A stretch of DNA of 64,000 bases from Lachnospiraceae bacterium (GTDB lineage: Bacteria; Bacillota; Clostridia; Lachnospirales; Lachnospiraceae): positions 58,229-122,228 of the forward strand of contig JAFRLH010000055.1 of the NCBI GenBank assembly GCA_017431345.1. Reading direction: 5' to 3'. The notes under the pieces are model-generated. The model was not told the DNA's origin, did no database searches, and saw only the letters and a list, made by a program, of their open reading frames with translations. Each line of letters begins with the position of its first letter. Positions within the stretch are counted from its first letter, which is position 1. This document shows positions 1-7,094 of this stretch, one piece after another. A program made the position numbers and the translations under genes.

Positions 1-713
1 AGCTGCGCAAGGGTAGGATAGCCGGCAGGGATGGCGGTGCATTTTACACCGATGGCACCGTGGGCTATAGCAGCCGCGGCACAGGCGTTCGCCATGTTCA
101 TCTCGTCGCTGATCTGCACATACAGTTCAATATCCTGAAGCGCCGGAACGTTTTCAAAAATGCCTTCAACGAAGCTGCCGAATTCATCGGGCAGCATGAT
201 GCCTGCGCTGTCGCATACGGTGATCTTGTTCGCGCCGGATTCGATCGCGGCATTGATCGCTTCATACAGGAAATCGATTTCTGCGCGGGTGGCATCCAGC
301 GCGGAGAATTCGACATGCTCGCTGTAGTAACGGCATTCCTTCACCTGCTTTCTGATCTCTTCCAGCATGGCAGGCGCCTTTTTATGGCAGACATATTCCA
401 TCTGCAGGGGAGAGAGCGGAACAAGAAGGTTCAGTTTCGGCTTCTTTGCAGAACGGACACTCTCCCATGTCTCTGCAATATTTCCGACCGAGATATCCAC
501 AGCAGCCGAAATACGGGTGGCAACCATGGAAGCGATCGTCCGGTTCGCAAGCTGATCAGCCCTGCCGCCGGCGATGGGGGCCAGCTCGATCGTATCGGAT
601 CTCAGTCTGTCCAGGCTTCTGGCAACTTCAAGCTTTTCCTTAAAGGAGAGCTCTCTGCCGCGGATGCGGCCGGCTTCCCTGAGTGTCATGTCGATGAATT
701 TTACTGTCCTCAT
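1..713 (-). CDS. HMGL-like / pyruvate carboxyltransferase-family protein (LeuA/NifV/CimA-like), N-terminal 237 codons; 3' end runs off the window
   Basis: Own translation of the minus strand from ATG 713-711, with an AGAGGAG RBS about 7 nt upstream: MRTVKFIDMTLREAGRIRGRELSFKEKLEVARSLDRL...ITVCDSAGIMLPDEF. The frame is open to position 1. It is not in the ORF track because the window edge truncates it. Track ORF 60..1172(+) is its antisense shadow. Confidence 0.6.
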   Translation of the reverse strand, partial: MRTVKFIDMTLREAGRIRGRELSFKEKLEVARSLDRLRSDTIELAPIAGGRADQLANRTIASMVATRISAAVDISVGNIAETWESVRSAKKPKLNLLVPLSPLQMEYVCHKKAPAMLEEIRKQVKECRYYSEHVEFSALDATRAEIDFLYEAINAAIESGANKITVCDSAGIMLPDEFGSFVEGIFENVPALQDIELYVQISDEMNMANACAAAAIAHGAIGVKCTAIPAGYPTLAQ

Positions 714-780
714 AATTGTTCGCTCCTCTGTTATATTTCTTTGTCTTATTCCTGTATCTTTAAATGGCCTGTCTGTATGC

Positions 781-944
781 CGGGCAGCTCTCTTCATTCC
801 GTCCGGCGATTCCGGCAACTGTCTTCATCTTTGGCAGCGCCCCCGGGCAGCTCTCTTCATTCCGTCCGACGATTCCGGCAGCTGTCTTCATCTTTGGCAG
901 CGCCCCCGGGCAGCTCTCTTCATTCCGTCCGACGATTCCGGCAG
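781..944. repeat. 63-bp tandem repeat, 2.6 copies
   Basis: The unit cgggcagctctcttcattccgtccg(g/a)cgattccggca(a/g)ctgtcttcatctttggcagcgcccc starts at 781, 844 and 907. Only 2-3 substitutions separate the copies. It lies in the non-coding region upstream of the HMGL-like gene. Confidence 0.9.
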
Positions 945-1344
945 GGAAATCAGGGTTTGTGCGAAATTCTTCTCTTTTTTACAGGAAGCTACCCCTGTTT
1001 CGGAACTGATTCTCCCGAAAAAGGGTATCTTTGTCAGAATCAGAGCTGTTTTACGCACATTTTGACGGTCTTCTTGAAATTCTGTCATAAATGTATGACA
1101 GTGCTGGGGTACCTTTTTGAAACAACCCCTGTTTTTACGCCCATCCTCCCGAAACGGCGTGCCGGGAATTAATGAGTTCCGGGTTCCTTCTCGGATTCCG
1201 GTGCAGAATTCCCGGGATCCTTCTTCCCGATATTTAGCACAGACACTCTTTTTTCGAACGCCTTTTGGGGCTGCCTTGTCCGATGTCAGTGAATTGGTGA
1301 TTATACTCCTCTGTTTACCGCTGCCGTTCGCGCGCTTATACATT

Positions 1345-1630
1345 AAAAATCCCGGGATCCTGTTAAGGATCCCGGGACGAATAAACTCTTTATTCGCGGT
1401 ACCACCCGGTTTGCCGCATAGGCGGCCTCTCATAAGCGCTCCGTCAAGCGCCCTGCCATGGTAACGGGGCTTCCGTATCTCCTTACACAGCAACTTCCGC
1501 CTTCCGGAGATCTGCTCAGGCATGAGACTGCATATTCTGTACGCACACCGGCTCGCACCGCCCGCCGGCTCTCTGAAGTGGTTCTCAGAATGCATAGTGC
1601 CTTCATTGCATTTTGTTCTGCTATTCCTGA
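1345..1630 (-). promoter_or_regulatory. T-box riboswitch leader (specifier possibly UAU/Tyr, ambiguous)
   Basis: The minus strand reads CAGAGAGCCGGCGGGCGGTGCGAGCC (AGAGAG box plus GGUGNRA-type distal loop). It continues with ACAGAATATGCAG (specifier-loop-like GAA-UAU-G) and AAACCGGGTGGTACCGCGAA (T-box motif, + strand 1395-1407). The terminator is CCCGGGATCC-TTAACA-GGATCCCGGG-ATTTTT at 1376-1345. The CCGGG of the T-box can pair with the 5' CCCGG of the terminator to form an antiterminator. Confidence 0.75.
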
Positions 1631-1666
1631 TCACTGACTGTCCGTCAAAACAGCTGGCAATCAGCG

Positions 1667-1760
1667 TTGCACAAAATTTTACACGAATTTTTTAAGGTTG
1701 TCAACACAGGTTTTGTGCAATAACTGCTGTAATTGTGCAAAAAATAGAGTTTTGCACATA
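1667..1760. repeat. Cluster of four TTGTGCAA/TTGCACAA motifs
   Basis: The four sites are gTTGCACAAaa (1667), tTTGTGCAAtaa (1713), aTTGTGCAAaaa (1733) and tTTTGCACAta (1751). The same TGTGCAATAA word forms the 42-bp arrays at 16.45 and 22.16 kb. Confidence 0.6.
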
Positions 1761-2060
1761 TCCGCAGGAAACAGACAGAAAACCCGGCCGTCATTCGGGC
1801 AGGATCTGGCAGCCGGGCAAGCGGGATTGATAAGAGGACTAAAAGGAATTTCCCCCCGGATGAGACGATAGCACAGAACCGTCCCCGGAACAACCTACTG
1901 TTGGTTTACAAAGCGGTTCGGAAAATATCCTTCCGGATAACTTGACATCCTGATTTTTCTCACACATAATCTGGGGTACAGTGTAAGAATGCTTCCGTAA
2001 AACGATCCGCATTTTTCCCTGGCACTGATAACGATCCAGCGTTGAAAGGAAATCCGTGAC

Positions 2061-3398
2061 ATGTCCGTATCTCTGAATATTCCGGAAAATGTGAATATCA
2101 TCCTGAAGATCTTAAAGGAAGCCGGCTATGAAGCTTATATCGTAGGCGGCTGTGTCCGTGACGCCATTTTGGGCAGGACGCCCGGCGATTGGGATATCAC
2201 CACTTCCGCCATGCCGGAAGAAGTCAAGACACTGTTCAGACGCACCATTGATACCGGCATTAAACACGGGACTGTCACGGTTCTCATCAGAGGGGAAGGT
2301 TATGAAGTAACCACTTACCGGATCGACGGCGAGTATGAAGACGGGAGACATCCCAAGCAGGTAACGTTTACGCGCTCCCTTTCCGAAGATCTTCTTCGCC
2401 GTGATTTTACCATCAACGCCATGGCATATCATCCGGAGACCGGACTTGTGGATCTCTTCGGCGGCGAAGCGGATCTGAAGGCACGTACCATCCGCGCCGT
2501 CGGAGTCCCGAATGACCGGTTTGATGAAGACGCGCTCCGAATCCTGCGCGCGGTCCGCTTTTCCGCCCAGCTCGATTTTGAGATCGAACCGGCGACACTG
2601 CAGAGCATTGCTGATCATGCGGAGAATCTGCGTCTGATCAGCGCTGAAAGGATCCGTGTCGAACTGACAAAGACGCTCGTTTCCGATCACCCTGAAAAGT
2701 TCATGGTCTTCCACGATACAGGCATCACAAAAGTCCTGTTCCCGGAATTCGACCAGATGCTCGCCATGCCGCAGGAGAATCCCTGGCACTGCTATAATGT
2801 AGGCCGCCATACAATGGAAGTGGTAAAAGGCGTTCCGGCGGATCCCATTCTCAGATGGGCTGCGCTTCTCCATGATGTCGGAAAACTGTGGACGAAAACG
2901 ATCGACGGGGAGGGGAAGGCGCATTTTTACGGACACGCCAAAAAGAGCGCGGAATTTGCCGGTGATTTCCTGCGCAATCTGAAATTCGACAATCACACGA
3001 TTGAGATGGTGTGCCTGTTCGCAAGACATCACGACGCGTGGTTCGACGGCAGTGATAAAGTGACAAGAAGAGTGATCAGCCGTGTCGGAAAAGAGAATTT
3101 TCCTGCGCTGCTGCAGATAGCAAGAGCTGACGCCATGGCTAAAAGCGATTATGCAAAAGCACAGCTTCTGCCGAAATACGACAGGGTGGAAGAAGGGTAT
3201 TACCGGATCATGGCTGCGAATCAATGCACCACGCTGAAAGAACTCGCGGTAAACGGCGGCGATCTGATCAAAGCGGGCATAAAGCCCGGAAAAGAAATGG
3301 GCGAGCTGCTGCAGTCGCTGCTCACCCATGTGATAGAATATCCTGAAGAGAATGTGAAAGAAGTGCTGCTTGAACGCACGTTGTCTTCCCGTTCTTAA
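2061..3398 (+). CDS. cca: CCA-adding tRNA nucleotidyltransferase with HD domain
   Basis: 445-aa ORF. Motifs include GGCVRDAILGRTPGDWDITT, RRDFTINAMAY and an HD-domain tail (LLHDVGK). Confidence 0.9.
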   Translation: MSVSLNIPENVNIILKILKEAGYEAYIVGGCVRDAILGRTPGDWDITTSAMPEEVKTLFRRTIDTGIKHGTVTVLIRGEGYEVTTYRIDGEYEDGRHPKQVTFTRSLSEDLLRRDFTINAMAYHPETGLVDLFGGEADLKARTIRAVGVPNDRFDEDALRILRAVRFSAQLDFEIEPATLQSIADHAENLRLISAERIRVELTKTLVSDHPEKFMVFHDTGITKVLFPEFDQMLAMPQENPWHCYNVGRHTMEVVKGVPADPILRWAALLHDVGKLWTKTIDGEGKAHFYGHAKKSAEFAGDFLRNLKFDNHTIEMVCLFARHHDAWFDGSDKVTRRVISRVGKENFPALLQIARADAMAKSDYAKAQLLPKYDRVEEGYYRIMAANQCTTLKELAVNGGDLIKAGIKPGKEMGELLQSLLTHVIEYPEENVKEVLLERTLSSRS

Positions 3399-3763
3399 GC
3401 TTCCTCCACCGATGCATCCGGCGCATTTTTCTGTACCGAAGCGACGCCGTTCAGACACTTGCGGAGAGTCGTATAATCCTCACTGACTGCAATGATCTGT
3501 CCGTTCTTTGCCTTTAAGCGGAAACGGAACTGGTCTGCTTTATCCTTGTAGACTTCAAATTTCGGATGTTTAAAAGTTTCATAGCCTTCGACTGTCTGGT
3601 TCTCTACGGCTGCGATCGCTGCGTTCTTGGCGACGCTTGCAATGCCGTTCAGGCATGTCTTCATTGACTTGTAGACCTGAGAGCTGGCGATTACCTGGCC
3701 ATTGTTTGCCTTGAGATCGAATTTTACGCCTGTTTTAGCGGTCTTGATTACAAATTTGCCCAT
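3395..3763 (-). CDS. YegP/DUF1508 family protein (tandem repeat of the domain)
   Basis: MGKFVIKTAKTGVKFDLKANNGQVIASSQVYKS... and the second half FRFRLKAKNGQIIAVSEDYTT... Start moved to ATG 3763, which has a GGAGGA RBS. The track ORF extends to 3817. Confidence 0.8.
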   Translation of the reverse strand: MGKFVIKTAKTGVKFDLKANNGQVIASSQVYKSMKTCLNGIASVAKNAAIAAVENQTVEGYETFKHPKFEVYKDKADQFRFRLKAKNGQIIAVSEDYTTLRKCLNGVASVQKNAPDASVEEA

Positions 3764-4039
3764 GACTTTCCTCCTGAAACCTCTTTCCTTTCTTATGATG
3801 TCCGAAGCAGGATACAATATCCTTCCCTATATTCGCTTCTAACGATAATATATCTCTGAATCTTTCCAATTGCAATAAAAATATGAAATATTCTGTCACT
3901 GTAATCTGACAAATAGGAATCCATGGAACAGACGTATTATGACACGGATCCTTCGCATTCAAAGACACTCAGGACGACTGTTTTCAGCTTGCTTGCATGC
4001 AATTTTAAATTATCCCTGAAATATTTTGTCAATTTTTGC

Positions 4040-4068
4040 TTGACAAAGTAAAAAACAGGTGTTATCTT
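4040..4068 (+). promoter_or_regulatory. Sigma-A type promoter of the Trp T-box/trpB2 unit
   Basis: TTGACA (4040-4045), a 17-nt spacer, then TATCTT (4063-4068). Confidence 0.5.
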
Positions 4069-4074
4069 GTTGTA

Positions 4075-4365
4075 AACCGTTGAGGAAGAGCGAGTAAGGA
4101 TCTTCGTCTTCTTTCAGAGAGCTGCCGGCCGGTGCGAGACAGCAGAAGAGATTTTCCCGAATGGACTTCTGAGGGCGAGAGGAAAGGGTGTTCGCGGGCG
4201 CCTGAGTATGCGAGCCGGAGCAGCATCTCCGTGAACAAAGGCAGCGTATGATGGTACGCATGAGAGGGCATGTCAGACATGTCAAGCCGGGTGGCACCGC
4301 AGGTTCGAATTTATGACCCTGTCCCAGCAAATACAAACTGGGACAGGGTCTTTTGTTGTTAACAC
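4075..4365 (+). promoter_or_regulatory. T-box riboswitch, Trp specifier (UGG)
   Basis: It contains CAGAGAGCTGCCGGCCGGTGCGAGAC (AGAGAG box plus GGUGNRA). The specifier loop is CCCGAA-UGG-A, with UGG at 4162-4164. The T-box motif is AGCCGGGTGGCACCGCAGG at 4285-4303. The terminator is GACCCTGTCCCAG-N10-CTGGGACAGGGTC-TTTT at 4314-4364. Confidence 0.85.
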
Positions 4366-4405
4366 GGCCCGCTCCCAACAAACAAAACACGAAAGGAGCA
4401 CCACT

Positions 4406-5782
4406 ATGTCAGACAAGAACGTAATCCCCTACAAGATCTACCTCGAAGAATCGGAGATGCCTGAATCCTGGTACAACGTCCGTGCCGACATGAAGAACAA
4501 ACCGGCCCCTCTGCTCAACCCCGGCACCCGCGAGCCTATGACAGCAGAGGAACTCTCCGGTGTATTCTGCGAGGAACTGGTCGCCCAGGAACTCGACAAC
4601 GAGCACCCCTATATCGCCATCCCGCAAGAGATCCGCGATTTCTATAAAATGTACCGTCCGTCACCGCTGGTAAGAGCGTATTGTCTGGAAGAACGGCTGC
4701 AGACGCCCGCAAAGATTTATTATAAATTCGAAGGGAATAATACCAGCGGATCCCATAAACTGAATTCCGCGATCGCGCAGGCTTATTACGCAAAGAAACA
4801 GGGGCTGAAGGGCGTGACCACAGAGACCGGTGCCGGCCAGTGGGGAACAGCTCTTTCCATGGCCTGTTCCTACTTTGAACTGGACTGCAAGGTCTATATG
4901 GTCAAAGTTTCCTATGAGCAGAAACCTTTCAGGCGCGAAGTCATGCGCACCTACGGCGCATCCGTTACGCCTTCTCCTTCCATGACCACCGAGATCGGAA
5001 AAAAGATCCTGGCCGAACATCCCGGCACTACCGGCAGCCTCGGCTGCGCCATTTCGGAAGCGGTGGAAGTGGCTGTCACGAATCCCGGCTATCGATATGT
5101 TCTGGGAAGCGTACTGAACCAGGTGCTGCTGCACCAGTCCGTGATCGGTCTGGAAACAAAGGCAGCGCTCGACAAATACAACATCAAACCCGACCTGATC
5201 ATCGGCTGCGCCGGCGGCGGTTCCAACCTCGGCGGACTGATCGCTCCGTTCGTGGGTGAGAAGCTCCGCGGAGAAGCCGACTATCAGATCATTGCGGTGG
5301 AGCCGGCATCCTGCCCGAGCTTTACACGAGGCACTTACGCTTATGATTTCTGCGATACCGGCATGATCTGCCCGCTCGCAAAAATGTATACATTGGGATC
5401 CTCCTATATTCCTGCGCCGAACCATGCCGGCGGCCTTCGCTATCACGGCATGAGCCCGGTGCTCTCCCAGCTGTATGATGACGGTCTGATGGAAGCCAGA
5501 TCCGTCAGGCAGACGGATGTATTTGAAGCAGCCGAACAGTTCGCGAGAGTGGAAGGCATCCTGCCCGCACCGGAAAGTTCCCACGCGATCCGGGTTGCCA
5601 TCGATGAAGCCCTGAAATGCAAGGAGACCGGCGAAGAAAAAACGATCGTATTCGGTCTCACCGGCACCGGCTATTTTGATCTGGTCGCCTATGAGAAATT
5701 CCACAACGGCGAGATGGAAAACTACATCCCGACAGATGAAGAGATTGCAGAAAGCATCGCGAAACTGCCGAAGATGGACTGA
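4406..5782 (+). CDS. trpB: TrpB-like PLP-dependent enzyme (tryptophan synthase beta, TrpB2 type)
   Basis: MSDKNVIPYKIYLEESEMPESWYN...FEGNNTSGSHKLNSAIAQAYY...TETGAGQWGTAL...GCAGGGSNLGG. Start chosen at ATG 4406 after a GAAAGGAG RBS. The track ORF starts at 4313, inside the T-box terminator. Confidence 0.85.
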   Translation: MSDKNVIPYKIYLEESEMPESWYNVRADMKNKPAPLLNPGTREPMTAEELSGVFCEELVAQELDNEHPYIAIPQEIRDFYKMYRPSPLVRAYCLEERLQTPAKIYYKFEGNNTSGSHKLNSAIAQAYYAKKQGLKGVTTETGAGQWGTALSMACSYFELDCKVYMVKVSYEQKPFRREVMRTYGASVTPSPSMTTEIGKKILAEHPGTTGSLGCAISEAVEVAVTNPGYRYVLGSVLNQVLLHQSVIGLETKAALDKYNIKPDLIIGCAGGGSNLGGLIAPFVGEKLRGEADYQIIAVEPASCPSFTRGTYAYDFCDTGMICPLAKMYTLGSSYIPAPNHAGGLRYHGMSPVLSQLYDDGLMEARSVRQTDVFEAAEQFARVEGILPAPESSHAIRVAIDEALKCKETGEEKTIVFGLTGTGYFDLVAYEKFHNGEMENYIPTDEEIAESIAKLPKMD

Positions 5783-5806
5783 ACCTTGATATTCATCATC
5801 CTCTTT

Positions 5807-5839
5807 CCGGGCGGCACGTTCCATCGCCGCCCGGTTTTT
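5807..5839 (+). terminator. Rho-independent terminator of trpB2
   Basis: CCGGGCGGC-N10-GCCGCCCGG followed by TTTTT. Confidence 0.7.
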
Positions 5840-5949
5840 CTGTCCGGAAAACCGGGGTAAAGTATCCGGAAGCGGGTTCTTGTCTGCTTATCACAGATCA
5901 TACAGAAAAGCGATTTTTATCCTTTCCGGCAGCACTGCAGCCTGCCTGC

Positions 5950-6876
5950 TTACAGCTCATATAAAAAGCGGATCCGGCTGTATATCCTCTCAAAATCAAC
6001 CATACACAGATCACTCCAGATGTGCACAGGCACTTTGTCTTCAAAGGTATAAACCGTCGGGATCTGATCTCCCTGCAGGTCGTGATACGCTACGATCTTC
6101 TTTTCTTCCGGATAGACCAGCCAGTATTCCTTCACCCCTGCGTCCAGATACTTCCTGAACTTAATCGTTATATCCTTTCTTCTCGTGACCGGTGAAAGGA
6201 TCTCCACGATCATATCCGGCTCCCCGTAAAGCCCGAACCGCTTCAGCTTCTCCCTGTCACAGACCACAACGATATCCGGCTCGATCATTGTCTTGTCGTC
6301 CCGGTCCAGCTGTACGTCAAAAGGCGCATTGTATACCATACATTCCCCATTCTGTGACCTGACAAACAGATTCAATTCTGTAAACAATTCCGCGCTTAAA
6401 GCCTGATGAATGTTCTGCGGCGCGCTCATATCATAGATCACGCCGTCGATCAGTTCCACGCGCCTGTCCTCCGGGATCGCATAATAATCCTCCAGCGTGT
6501 ACTCCCCCTGCTTCTTCTTATAAGTATATGGTGCCGGCGATTCCGCGACACTGTCCGGTCCTCCCTCCGGATCATCCGGCAGCCTGTTAAAGTCATAAAT
6601 CCGTTCAGATTCAAATCCCCTGCCTTTTCTCAGGACTTTCTCCAGCGCCAGAAGTGTCTTCAGACGCGGCGCCTTCGTTGCGCCGGCCAGCACCTTCTGC
6701 ACTGTCCCCAGCGGCACACCGGATCTGGCAGCCAGTTCTTCATTCGTCATACCGAGTTCCCGTTTTCTGGCCCGCATCTCTTCAATCGTCATGTCACAGT
6801 TCTCCTTTTCACCATCGGCCGCCTTCAGGCCTGCTTTATATTTTTTCTCTACATGCTGATTATATTCTTTCTGCAT
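5950..6876 (-). CDS. XRE-type HTH fused to a Uma2 (DUF820) restriction-endonuclease-like domain
   Basis: The N-terminus is RKRELGMTNEELAARSGVPLGTVQKVLAG (HTH). The C-terminus is VELIDGVIYDMSAP...EPDIVVVCD...PDMIVEILSP...KFRKYLDAGVKEYWLV (Uma2 pattern). An alternative start is M29 at 6792. Confidence 0.75.
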   Translation of the reverse strand: MQKEYNQHVEKKYKAGLKAADGEKENCDMTIEEMRARKRELGMTNEELAARSGVPLGTVQKVLAGATKAPRLKTLLALEKVLRKGRGFESERIYDFNRLPDDPEGGPDSVAESPAPYTYKKKQGEYTLEDYYAIPEDRRVELIDGVIYDMSAPQNIHQALSAELFTELNLFVRSQNGECMVYNAPFDVQLDRDDKTMIEPDIVVVCDREKLKRFGLYGEPDMIVEILSPVTRRKDITIKFRKYLDAGVKEYWLVYPEEKKIVAYHDLQGDQIPTVYTFEDKVPVHIWSDLCMVDFERIYSRIRFLYEL

Positions 6877-7094
6877 CCGTTTGTCAACCTGTATATTTCC
6901 ATTTATCCATATTTATTCCATTTAAAGTACATTTGATTATGCGCGATACATCCATTTTATTTCCATTGCTTCTGTATTGATCATCCTGGAATCACGGCAC
7001 TCCGCCCGTGTCCGGGATGATCCAACCGTCTGCAGACAAAAAAGATCCTTCCGCGCTGCTGTGCGGAAGGATCCGGCATCCGTTTTATAATGCG

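Noticed and set aside
60-1172. 370-aa + strand ORF, with nested ORFs at 574..1065 and 764..1009.
   Set aside because: Its first 650 nt are antisense to a much more protein-like minus-strand HMGL-type gene. The rest is kept open only by the 63-bp tandem repeat (GSSLHSVRRFRQLSSSLAAPP x3). It has no RBS and no family resemblance.
2112-3458. 448-aa minus-strand ORF.
   Set aside because: It is an exact antisense shadow of the cca gene. The translation is Arg/His/Phe-rich with no motifs.
4296-4312. GGTTCGAAT, a tRNA T-loop-like motif.
   Set aside because: It lies inside the Trp T-box antiterminator and terminator region. No acceptor or anticodon arms can be drawn around it.
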